A DNA stretch of 60,360 nucleotides from Octopus sinensis (taxonomy: Eukaryota), in NCBI RefSeq assembly GCF_006345805.1, contig NW_021829942.1, positions 1 to 60,360 of the forward strand. Direction: 5' to 3'. The notes under the pieces were generated by a model. That model worked only from the letters and a program-made list of their open reading frames with translations, was not told where the DNA came from and searched no databases. Both the position numbers and the translations under genes were made by a program. Of the stretch, positions 11,951 to 24,170 are shown one piece after another (positions within the stretch are counted from its first letter, which is position 1; each line of letters begins with the position of its first letter).

Positions 11951-13035
11951 GGTGTTATTTTTATGACCACCAACCGTCTTCCTCACAACAAGATAATTAT
12001 GATTACGAGACAATGATGACAAAACTATGATGATGAACGGTCAAGAATGAGGAGGACGATACCATCAAGCGAAACTGTGAAACGGCCATTGTTGATTTCT
12101 ATAGCGGCCATATTTTTCTTTAGTCTCTGACTAATCAGAAAGTTTCATGTGCGGCGGGAGGAATGCCAAAATCTACAATAAGAACCAAAAGAGCTATGTA
12201 AAAACTAATTAATTGGTTTTGGTTCATAAAGTACGTTCAGTCTGTTATTGTTTCCGTTTTAGATTTTACATGTTCGGCCGTCAATCGCACAACAAACACT
12301 CCCCTTTTGCTCTTTCTCCTCCTCCACCTCCTCCTCCTACCTCCATCCTACTAACAACCAATAACGCCGCCGCCACCTCCACCACCACTACTACCACCGC
12401 TACCCCTAAACATATCACCATCAACAAAGCCAAAATTTCTTCCGCCACCACCACGAACACAAACCTACCATCACCACTACAGTCACCTACATCTTCCTTA
12501 CTCTACTTTCACTTTCAACGCTACTTTCGTCGTCCTTGTTCTTCTCTTGCTGTCCTTTTACATCTTCTTCGTCGACCTCTTTTTCTTGTTATCGTTGTTG
12601 TTGTTCTTCTTCTTCTTTTCCTTCATCATTTACTTGTTGTTGTTCTTCCTCTTTGTCTTTTCTCTTTTCATTGCATTTTCGGAAATTCGTTTTAACCTTC
12701 ATCGTTTCAAAGTGAATTCTTAATTTCTCATTATGCTTTTATGGCTGGTCGACACCCAGTCCCACCACTCTTATCTTTTTGCTTTTCCTTAGTTTGTTAG
12801 TTTGTTTGTTTGTTTGTTTGTAATATTTTTGGTTTTGTTGTGCTGGTTTTCTGGCTGTACGGATTTTCAGTCAAAATGAGCACGTGATTTTAACTCGACA
12901 TCGAGTTACCCAATCAGTAAACTTTCTTTCACTTTTGCTGGACGTTTTGCTAAAGCGATTGTGTATACATATGTGTATATTTGAGTGAGTGTATGTGTTA
13001 GTGCTTATATCCGAGAAAGAGAGGTGTGTGATACT

Positions 13036-13089
<54 letters not shown>

Positions 13090-13449
13090 AAGAGACAGAG
13101 AGGAACAAAGAGAGACAAAGAGAATCAAAGAGAGACAGAGAGAAACAAAATGAGAGACAAAAGAGAGGTGCTGTGTGCAAGCATATTGTCACCGTTTAAC
13201 CCTAGGTTAGTCTTGACTGAGCTAGACCTATGATCAATGATATTCCAGCTATAGCGTTATCACTTTCATTTTAAGCATTATGTACCTACGAATATATCAG
13301 TCGATGTGTACTTCTCTTTATTAAGATGTCAGTGTGTTATATGAAGGAGATTTAGCTATTATTCTTTGCAGATCAAGCAACCAAGCGGAAGTTTTATCAC
13401 CGAACTGACTGTATAGAAGCATGCTGTTGCTGTTGTAGTTGATGATCAT

Positions 13450-13762
13450 GGTGAAGGCGCGTGGCTTAGCGGTTTGGGTTTTCGGTTCACAATTGTGAGG
13501 TCGTCATTTCGATTCCCGGCGGCGCGTTGTGTCCTTGAGCAAGACACTTTATTTCACTTTGGTCCACTCCACTCATTTCGCTAAAATGTGTTGTACATGT
13601 TATTTAGAAGGCTAGCCTTCTCAAATTCTGTATCACGCTGAAGTTAACGTTAAGAGTACACGTGTCTGTGGAGTACTCAGCCACTTGCAAAAAAATTTTC
13701 GTGCAGGCTATTCTGTTGATCGAATCAACTAGAATCCTTGTCGTCATAAATGACAGGAAGCC
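13450..13762 (+). mobile_element. Family D SINE with tail type 4
   Basis: GGTGAAGGCGCGTGGCTTAGCGG head, GTGTCCTTGAGCAAGACACTTTATTTCAC body; tail homologous to 43350-43512. Confidence 0.8.
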
Positions 13763-13789
13763 AGTTCATGATGACGATGATGATGATGG

Positions 13790-14690
13790 TACTCTTTTGC
13801 TTCTTTCAGTCATTTGACTGTGGCCATGTTGGAGCACCGCCTTTAGTCGAGCAAATCGACCCCAGGACTTATACTTTGTAAGCCTAGTACTTATTCTACC
13901 GGTCTCTTTTGCCGAACCACTAAGTGACGGGGACGTAAACACACCAGCATTGGTTGTCAAGCGATGTTGGGGGACAAACTCAGACACACGCACACACATA
14001 TATATATATTTTTTTTTTTTCTCCTTTTACTTGTTTCAGTCATTTTGACTGCGGCCATGCTGGAGCATCGCCTTTAATCGAGCAACTCGACCCCGGGTCT
14101 TATTCTTTGTAAGCCCAGTACTTATTCTATCGGTCTCTTATGCCGAACCGCTATGTGACGGGGACATAAACACACCAGCATCGGTTGTCAAGCAATGCTA
14201 GGGAGACAAACACAGACACACAAACATACACGCATATACATATATATACATATATACGACGGCCTCTTTCAGTTTCCGTCTACCAATCCACTAACAAGGC
14301 TTTGGTCGGCCGAGGCTATAGTAGAAGACCACTTGCCCAAGGTGCCACGCAGTGGACTGAACCCGGAACCATCTGGTTGGTAACAAGCTACTTACCTCAC
14401 AGCCACTCATATATATATATATATATATATAACAGGCTTCTTTCAGTTTCCCTCTACCAAATCCACTCACAAGGCTTTGGTCGGCCCGAGGCTATAGTAG
14501 AAGACACTTGCCCAAAGTGCCACGCAGTGGAACTGAACCCGGAACCATGTGGTTGGTAAACCAGCTACTTAATACACAGCCACTCATATATATAATAATA
14601 TATATATATACATATATACGACGGGCTTCTTTCAGTTTCCCTCTACCAAATCCACTCACATGGCTTTGGTCGGCCCAAGGATATAGTAGT
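13790..14690 (-). mobile_element. Nested family A SINE cluster (three heads, two tails)
   Basis: Heads 14618-14690 (partial), 14431-14585 and 14256-14408; tails 14022-14225 and 13790-13990; separated by (TA)n. Confidence 0.85.
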
Positions 14691-15111
14691 GTTCACTTGA
14701 AGAGAGTTATTGATGTTATATTGATGCAGTGGGGCTGGTCAGTATAGGAATGGCGGTAATGCTATTGTTTTGATGTGGTTGTGGTGGAGGTGGTCATTTT
14801 AGGAGGGGCGGTAATGTTTTGATGTGGTAGTGGCGGTTACTTTAGGAATATCAGAAGTATTGTCGTTTTGATATAATGCTGGTTATTATTATTATTGTCC
14901 TTCTTTCTTCAAATTTTCTTCCATTTCTCGCCGAGTGTTTTCCGTACACCTAGGGCAGAGGAGCTCATTGTATGCATTCCCAGATTAAACACGCAAATTC
15001 ACAGGTAAAATATTTTATTTTAAATTAATAAATAGATAAATTCATGAATGGATGTTTTCACAGCGATAATGCTCTTCTCAGTACTTATTATCATTATTAT
15101 TTTAATTGTTG

Positions 15112-15198
<87 letters not shown>

Positions 15199-15350
15199 CG
15201 ATTCTTATTATTATTATTATTATTGATATTATTATTATGATATTATTATTATTTTTATATTATGATTATTTATTATTATATTATTATTATTATTATATGA
15301 TTATTAGTATTAATTATTATTATTATTATTATTATAATTATTATTATTAT

Positions 15351-15903
15351 TGAGTGTGAGAGAGCAGTGCATGCCATCAAAATGACACTGGGGTAAAACA
15401 TACGAAGCCCAGTATACCCATCATGACTACCCGTCTGATAAGGGTACACCAGGCACATGCATCACAACCATATGTCCGCGACATGGTGATCTCATATCAA
15501 GATAAATAGAGCATGACCTGCAGGTGGGGCCCAGTTAGAATTTTCTTCTGGTCGATTAACCCATCCCGCTCAAAACGTCCCTGAATAAGGATTGTTTAAG
15601 GATGTTGAACGAACTCCCCATGATTCCAAAGGTGAATTATCCAAACCTCAAAGAATTCCTTTCAACACACGACTATGATGCTCCCCCCACTACTTCTGCT
15701 TCGTGACCAGAGATGCACATATCGTCAGACTAAGGGACATGCTCAACTGGTTAGGTCAAACAACTGACAAGCAAATCTGTGGTATTGAGCAGAATATTTG
15801 CTGTAGCCCATTTATACCAAGACAAAACAATGTACATGATAACACTTCAATTAGTTAAGATCAGAAGCCATGAGAGCCACTGCCTGGTACTGCATCAGGG
15901 CAT
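15351..15903 (-). mobile_element. ~550-bp non-coding element with (AAT)n tail embedded in (ATT)n, full copy
   Basis: Ends CTCTCTCACACTCA(ATA)n; homologues at 35387-35749, 36995-37025, 54062-54582, 59326-59442 and 59569-59902. Confidence 0.8.
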
Positions 15904-15930
15904 TTAGTATTATTATTATTATTATTATTA

Positions 15931-15972
<42 letters not shown>

Positions 15973-16044
15973 CATTTATATATTATCATCATATTATATT
16001 ATTATTATTATTATTATATTATTATTATTATTATTATTATTATT

Positions 16045-16200
16045 AAGACGACAACCTGGCAGAGTTCAAAGCATAACGATATCGAATTGTCCTTTCATCA
16101 TTCCGGGGTCGATAAAATAAGTACCGGTTGATCGTCGGGATCAGTGCAACCGACCTATACCCTTCCCCGAAATTGCTGGCCTTGTGCCAAAATTTGAAAC
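16045..16200 (+). mobile_element. Family B SINE, decayed
   Basis: CCTTTCATCATTCCGGGGTCGATAAAATAAGTACCGG and tail GGCCTTGTGCC. Confidence 0.7.
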
Positions 16201-16379
16201 TAATATTACTGACATTACCAAAGTAACCACTGCTACTACAACAAAACAACTTAACAGGCACTCCTAAAGTGACCACCACTACAACCACAACCACTACCAC
16301 ATCAAAACAACGTTACCGACATTCCTTAACTGATTCAATGAGACGGAAGCAACTGCACAGAGGATGGTGTCAGTGGTAG

Positions 16380-17879
16380 TGATGGTAGGGGCAGTGGAGG
16401 GGATGGTTTCAACATTTTGGCGGCGGTGGTGGTGGTGGTGGTGGTGGTGGTGGTGGTGGTGGTGGTGATGATACGGTTAGCGGGGTTCTGACGATGGCAG
16501 TGGTGAGAGATGGTTGGGTGGTGAGGAATGACGATGATAGTGGTGGTGATGAGGTGGGTAGGTAGTAGAGGTGGTTGTGATGATAGTAATGGCGGTAGCA
16601 GCGACGGTGGAGTGGTGTTACTAGTGGTGGAGTTCTGACGGTCGTGGTGGTGGGGGTAGTGGTGGGGGTAGCGGTAGTGGTGGCGGTGGTTGTGTTGGTG
16701 GTGGTGGTGGTGGTAGCGGCAGTGGTGGCGGTAGCGGCAGTGGTGGCGGTAGTGGTGGTAGTGGTGGTGGTGGTGGTGGTGGTAGCGGCAGTGGTGGTGG
16801 TGGTGGCAGTGGTGGCATTGGTGGTGGTGGTGGTGGTGGTGGTGGCAGTGGTTGTGTTGGTGGTGGTGGTGGAAGTGGTGGTGGATGTGATGATGGTGGT
16901 GGCGGTAGCGGCAGTGGTGGCGATAGTGGTGGTAGTGGTTGTGGTGGTGGCATTGGTGGCATTGGTGGTGGTGGTGGCGGTGGTGGTGACGTGTTGAGTG
17001 ACTGGCTAGCTCCTATTTTTGAATGATATCACACCAGTGATATTCTTAAGGAAGCGGGCGATGGTTAGCGGTGTTTACAGGAATCGTGGATGTTTCTACA
17101 CGTAGTTAAGGGGTTGTTAGGGTGCTTTATATTATAGTAATGGAGATACTAAACAACAGGGAGCGGCGATGATGGCTGTGTTGGAATTTAAGCGATTTAT
17201 ATGGATGACATCACAGCTATTACGCCATTACTCTTACGCCATTGAAAAAAATCTTTCAAGTCGTTTTATTAGGTGACGATATAATGTTACGTCATCGCTG
17301 GCCTGTATTCGGTTCTGGGGTGGTTTCAGGGTGGTTCTGGGGGTGCGTTCAGGGTGGTTCTGGTTCCTGGTTCTGCTTTCGTCTGGTTTTTCTTCTCGAT
17401 TTCGTTTCAGTTTTCGTTCCGTCTCGCCTCGGGTCACCTCTTCTCTCAGACAGTGTCATGCGTTTGCGTTCGGACAGCACTGGCGATGGCCGAGCAAACG
17501 GGCAGCGGGTAGCGGGTTAATTAGTCACTATGACGGTGATGAGGACGAAGTGCGATGATAGTGATGACGATGCTGATGATGACAACGACGACAATGCTGC
17601 TGCTGCTGCTGCTACTGGTGGGGGATGGTGATGACTTTGACAACATGACGATGTTGATGATGATGATGATGATGATGATGACGATGATGTTGATGATGAT
17701 GACGACGATGATGATCATGATCATGATCATGATGATGACGATGATGACGACGGCGACGATGATGTTAAGTAATCACAGAGGTCGTGCGTTGTTTACGGTG
17801 TAGGGTGGTGACAGGAGTGATGGTGTGAGGGCGGTAGAAGCTGTCACTGATTGTGTACGTGGTAGAAGTAGTGGCAGTT

Positions 17880-17916
<37 letters not shown>

Positions 17917-18102
17917 CCGCAGCAAGAGTAGTAGTAGTAATAGTAGTAGCAGCAGGAGTAGTAGTAGAAGTAGTAGTAGTAGCAGGAGCAGTAGTAGCAG
18001 GAGTAGTAGTAGTAGTAGTAGCAGCAGTAGCAGGAGTAGTAGTAGTAGTAGTAATAGTAGCAGCAGCAGGAGTAGTAGTAGTAGAAGTAGTAGTAGTAGC
18101 AG

Positions 18103-18137
<35 letters not shown>

Positions 18138-18420
18138 ATAGTAGTAGCAGCAGGAGTAGTAGTAGTAGAAGTAGTAGTAGTAGCAGGAGTAGTAGTAGTA
18201 GTAGTAGTAGTAGTAATAGTAGTAGCAGCAGGAGTAGTAGTAGTAGCAGTAGCAGCAAGAGTAGTAGTAGTAGTAGTAGTAGCAGCAAGAGTAGTAGTAG
18301 TAGTAGTAATAGTAGTAGTAGTAGTAGTAGTAGTAGTAGCAGCAGTATTATTAGTAGTGATAGTTGTGATGGTGGTGGTGGTGGTGGTGGTGGTGGTGGT
18401 GGTGGTGGTGGTGGTGGTGG
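16380..18420. repeat. (GGT/GGC), (GAT) and (AGT/AGC) trinucleotide tracts flanking a unique island at 17030-17530
   Basis: Visible directly. Confidence 0.9.
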
Positions 18421-19344
18421 AGGAGACGCTGGCCGAGGTAGGAATTGGGGGTGGTGAGGGAAGGGAGGGAATTTTTGTAGGTATGGCGGAGGATGTGAAG
18501 GTTAGCGATGGCAGCGCGCGGTCCCTGAAACAAAAGGACCGGGAATTCAGTGTTTCTTTTCCAATCACTAATGACACATTGATAGGAATGTCTGTTCCAT
18601 ATAAATGAATTACAAGACGGGCTGGAATAACCCCTCTCCCCCACCATCACCCCACCCCACCCACGACCATCACCACAGACGTTTTGAGATATCGCGGATT
18701 TTGGAAGGATTTTTGTCTGCAATAATTGTCTTTGTCTTTTTGGCAGCCAGCCGCATTTTTGCCTCTAACGGCAAATAAGGGACCACAACGCTTTAAGGTT
18801 GATTATAAGTTTTAGGAGGAAAAATAAACACAGAAAAAAAATCCAGGGAATTACATAAAATTAAGATATTGTTATTGTTTTAAAGTTGGGCCAAAAAGAA
18901 TTGTGATTTCAGCAATAAAAACGTATAACTCGGCTCAGATTAATCACATTTTATTAATCGAATTTTATTAGAATCTACAGTTTTATTAATAAAGAACAAG
19001 CTAGTTTCTTTCGCTATCACAGAATTTTGGAATATTTGAAAGATGAGTTCTTGAAAAGGACGTTTTTAAACGTTGCTTGGTTGCTGAAGGACCCCCCCCC
19101 CACTCCTTCCTTTTCTTTTCCTCTTATTCATTTTCTTTCTTTTATATTTGCAACACGTTATGGAAAGACTTGAAAAAGTAAATATAATTCGTACTACATG
19201 GCATCTTAGGCAAGTGCCTTCTATTATAGCCCCGGGTCGGCCAAAACCTTGTGAGTGGATGCGAGTGACAGAAACTTAAACAAGCCTATTCAGTGTGTGT
19301 GTGTGTGGTGTGTGTGTGTGTCTGTACATCTATGTATGTATGCA

Positions 19345-19529
19345 TACTCTTTTACTTGTTTCAGTCATGTGACTGTGACCATGCTGGAGCACCGCCTTTA
19401 GTCGAGCAAATCGACTAGTACTTATTCTATCGGTGTCTTTTGCCGAACACACCAGCATCGGTTGTCAATGTTCATATACGTCATATATAGTCATGTTTAA
19501 TACATGTCATGTATATATATGTATTTATG

Positions 19530-19576
<47 letters not shown>

Positions 19577-19738
19577 CATACGACGCGCTTTTTCATTTTC
19601 TATCCACCAAATCCATGCACGATTCTTTATGGGCTCAGGCTATGGTCGAAGACACCTGCCCAAGGTGTCACACAGTAGGTCTGAACCCGGAACCATGTGG
19701 TTGGTAAGCAAACTTCTTATCACACAACCACGCCTGTA
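19345..19738 (-). mobile_element. Family A SINE with internal deletion
   Basis: Tail 19345-19470, head 19580-19738. Confidence 0.8.
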
Positions 19739-20149
19739 GACAGGTAGATAGAGAGAGAGGGAGAGTGAAAAAGAGAAAGCGAGAGAGAGAGAGAGTTAAA
19801 CCATATATATATATGCGTGTCCGTGTATTTGGCTGGGTTTCTCCATTTGTTGATATTAGTAAAACAATAATTGAATGAAGCAGAGAGCGTGTGAGAGGTA
19901 GAAAAGTTACAGGAGAGGGATGTAAGGAGAAAGTCCAAGGCGAACATAATGAGAGAGGGTGTTCTACCTTTGTACATTCGTATATGCTTGTGTGTGCGTG
20001 TGTATGTACTTGAATGCTTGTATGTGTGGGAATGTGTCTGCGTGTGTGCTTTCGTGGTTTTATGTATTTCATGCATAAAAAAAAACAAACAATACACTTA
20101 CAATTACCTGGGTTTTTTTCCCCGTTTCCATTACTATTTTTACAAACAC

Positions 20150-20221
20150 CACTACCATCGTCATCATTATCATCATTGTAGTCATCATCATCGTCATCAT
20201 CATCATCATCATCACCACCAC

Positions 20222-20253
<32 letters not shown>

Positions 20254-20800
20254 CACCATCACCACCATCATCATCATCACCATCACCATCATCATCACCA
20301 TCACCACCACCATCATCATCATCATCATCATCATCATCATTATCATTATCATTATCATCATCATCATCATCACCATCATCAATCATGATCTTTTTGTATG
20401 TTACTGCTTTGAATTTTGGTTTTATGATTTATTTTTTCTGTTGGTATTTTTAATTTTGCATTTAGCTGTTTGTTTTTGTTATTATATTTGTGTTTTTTTT
20501 TTTTTTTGTCTAATTTCCCCCAATTTACTTTCACCCTTCATTTCTTTGGTTCCGCTGTTGCTTTGTGTGTGTGTGGGTGTGGGTGTGCGTGCGTGTGTGT
20601 GTATGCATGTGTGTGTGTATGTGTGTGTGTGTACGTATGTGTGTGTGTGTGTGTATGTGTGTGTGTGTATGTATGTGTGTGTTGGTGTGTGTATGTGTGT
20701 GTGTGTATGTATGTGTGTGTGTGTGTATGTGTGTGTGTGTGTGTATGTGTGTGTGTGTATGTATGTGTGTGTGTGTGTGTATGTGTGTGTGCAAGTGCGT
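20150..20800. repeat. (CAT/CAC)n and (GT)n-derived tracts
   Basis: Visible directly. Confidence 0.9.
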
Positions 20801-20964
20801 GTGTGGTTCAGTTCCATTGTGCATCACCTTGAGCAAGTTTCTCCTGCAACACTCACACCCGGACCAAACAACATGTGAGCGAATATGGTGGACGGAAACT
20901 GTGAAGAAGCCCATTGTATATACATACATACTTATATATATGTATAATTAATCAAAAATTTGTT

Positions 20965-21160
20965 TTTAAAAAAACGAGAAAAAACACAAGAAAAAATAAC
21001 AACGCGAGTACGTGAAACATGCAAAGTATTGATAAGACGCTCAGGGAAGGAATGAAAGGGTGTTTTACGTTTCGAGCAAAACTCTTCTTCGGAAATAGGA
21101 GAAAGAGGAAAGTCCAAGAGAAAAGGAAGATGGCGGAAAATAATCGCCAATGATACAGCA
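20965..21160 (-). mobile_element. Short non-coding element with hammerhead-like motif, second family
   Basis: Minus strand TTT CCGAAGA A GAGT TTT GCTC GAAAC GTA AAA at 21063-21095; flanks loosely related to the 8195 family. Confidence 0.55.
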
Positions 21161-21529
21161 TGTAGTTACATTTTGCAGCGTGGAAGATATTTGTAGGCCA
21201 TTCAAGAACACATAAAAACTTTGAAACCGTGACCTGTTCACTGACAAAAATGTATATCTACGCACGTATGCATATTTGTGCATGTATGTATGTATGTATG
21301 TAAGTATGTATGTATGTAAGTATGGATGGATGGATGGATGGATAGATAGTTAGATAGATAGATAGATAGAGTGAGAGAGAAAGAGAGAGCGAATGATACA
21401 TAAATAAACAAATACATGCAAACATTCATACATACACACATTCATGCATAGATATATACATACATATACATTGATGCATATATACATTATACATACATCA
21501 CACACACATACTATATATATATATATGAG

Positions 21530-21588
<59 letters not shown>

Positions 21589-21849
21589 TATATTTGTATG
21601 TATATATGTATATGTGTGCACGCGCTCGTCGAATGCTTAGAGCACGGTGTAGGTTTGGTTCCGTCTCCTGACAGAGAGCTTCGGCAAAGGTAATCGATAT
21701 AATCATTGCCAGACTTACAATAATTACTGAGTCGATTTGGTTGACTAACCTTAACAAGCTCTATCCCCACCGTAACCGGACAAAAAACGACTGAAGCTAG
21801 TAAAAGTGCACGGGTGTGCGTGCACACATACACACACACATACATACAT

Positions 21850-21905
<56 letters not shown>

Positions 21906-22499
21906 TTATATATATATTTATGTATATATATATATATACTTACATATATATATGTGTGTGTTTGTGTGTCTGTGTGTTCATTTATTGATTATTATTTATT
22001 ATTTATATTTCGTGGGAAACATTTACAAAACCATGAAATTGTATTCCAGAGAAATCAACAACAACAAAAAAGCAACAAGAATATGATCAAACAGAAAAAA
22101 ATATTCTATTGGCACCTCACCGGTATCATTAACACACCAGCCGACCTGTGAGCTAACAAGCCAGGTAGCTAGCTAGCCAGTACACACAATTACATATACA
22201 CCCCATTATATATATGTATACACACACACACACACACAAACACGCACACACACATATATATATATATACATATATGTATATACATATGCATACACACACT
22301 TTTCTACTCTTGTACTGTGACTAGTGATCAGTGAACCGAATAACTCACCGTGACGCTACTTAATCAAGCACTCTACTCATACACACAAATACACTCATAC
22401 ACGTATATACATTATTTTCACCTACACAATAGGTGTGTTGCATGTGTATGTACGTATCTATGTATATATATATGTGTGTGGTGTGTTGTGTGTGCGTGT

Positions 22500-22594
22500 G
22501 TATGTGTTTGTAAATGTGTGTGCATGTATGTATGTATGTATGCATATATCGTACATATATACATCTATACACACAATTACAATCATATATATGC

Positions 22595-22627
<33 letters not shown>

Positions 22628-22686
22628 ATATATAATTTATACGATTACGTATATGAATGTGGTGTGTATACATATATACATATATG

Positions 22687-22734
<48 letters not shown>

Positions 22735-22828
22735 CATATATATATATATTTACATTTATATATATAAATAATGCATATATGTATATATATGCATATATTT
22801 ACAAGCATAAATACATGCATATGCATGT

Positions 22829-22865
<37 letters not shown>

Positions 22866-22876
22866 GTGTGTGTGTG

Positions 22877-22911
<35 letters not shown>

Positions 22912-23013
22912 CATGCATGTGTGCGTTTACAAGTGTGTGGCTAATTGTGTTGGAGTGCTTCTGAAATAAAATTTTGTACGTGTGTGAATATATCTATATA
23001 TATATAGATATAT

Positions 23014-23059
<46 letters not shown>

Positions 23060-23147
23060 ACATATGTATATATACATATATATATAAATATATGCATATA
23101 TTACAAGCATACATACATGCATATGCATGTATACATATATATATGTA

Positions 23148-23188
<41 letters not shown>

Positions 23189-23966
23189 ATGTGTGTGTGT
23201 ATGTATATAATCATTGTTATGTATTTGAGTATGTATTAACTATACATATGTAACATATTCATGTACACACACACGCGCACACGTACACACACACATACAT
23301 TCACAAAGATGTATGCATACACCCATAAACCAAACACATGCACGGAATATTTTGTATGCATACGTATAGAAATAGAATCACATGCCCATATACTCATGCA
23401 CTTATACACATTCATACACATTGTCTCACGAAAATACGTCCATACTTAATCAAAACGCACATACATACAGACAGACACATTCATAATCATATATAGCTGA
23501 AAGTAGTAATACAGATACACATGTACACCCGGATATACATGCGCACATACAAACATATTCATATATACGTATACTTGCACGAACATACACACAGAGACAC
23601 TCATACATAAGCACACATAAACGTATATATATAGTCACTCATACAGAAATACACGCATGCGTACAGGCACAAGCACGCACCAACTCAGCACCGCGTATAT
23701 ATACGTAATTTCTCACATACATATACACACAGTGCTACTAGCCGACACGCACCTAAATATAACGTATACATACATGTAAATACGCAGAAAGGTATCATAC
23801 ATTTGCATACGAAATATCCATACATGCGTAGCTGTGTGGTAAGAAGTTTGCTTCCTAAACACATGGTTCCGTGTTCAATCCCACCTTGGGCAATTGTCAT
23901 ATCTTATAGCCTCGGCCGACCCAGACCTTGTGGGTGGATCAGATAGAGGGAAACTGAAAAATCGCG

Positions 23967-24004
<38 letters not shown>

Positions 24005-24112
24005 ATATATACATATCTATATACATATATACATATATACATATCTATATACGTATATATCATATATATATATAATATTATATATATATATATACATACA
24101 TATATATACCTA

Positions 24113-24168
<56 letters not shown>

Positions 24169-24170
24169 TA
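22500..24170. repeat. (AT)n/(GT)n tracts including a family A SINE head (23830-23965)
   Basis: Visible directly; includes a duplicated block at ~22780-22850 and ~23090-23160. Confidence 0.85.

Noticed and set aside
16621-16997. Proline-rich ORF resembling formin or extensin
   Set aside because: Simple (CCA/CCG)n tract with no flanking domain or splice evidence
17242-17300. KKIFQVVLLGD resembling a Rab/Ras N-terminus
   Set aside because: No GxGKS/T P-loop follows, and it uses a non-ATG start
19949-20878. 309-aa His/Ile/Cys-Val-rich ORF
   Set aside because: Concatenated (CAT)n and (GT)n repeats
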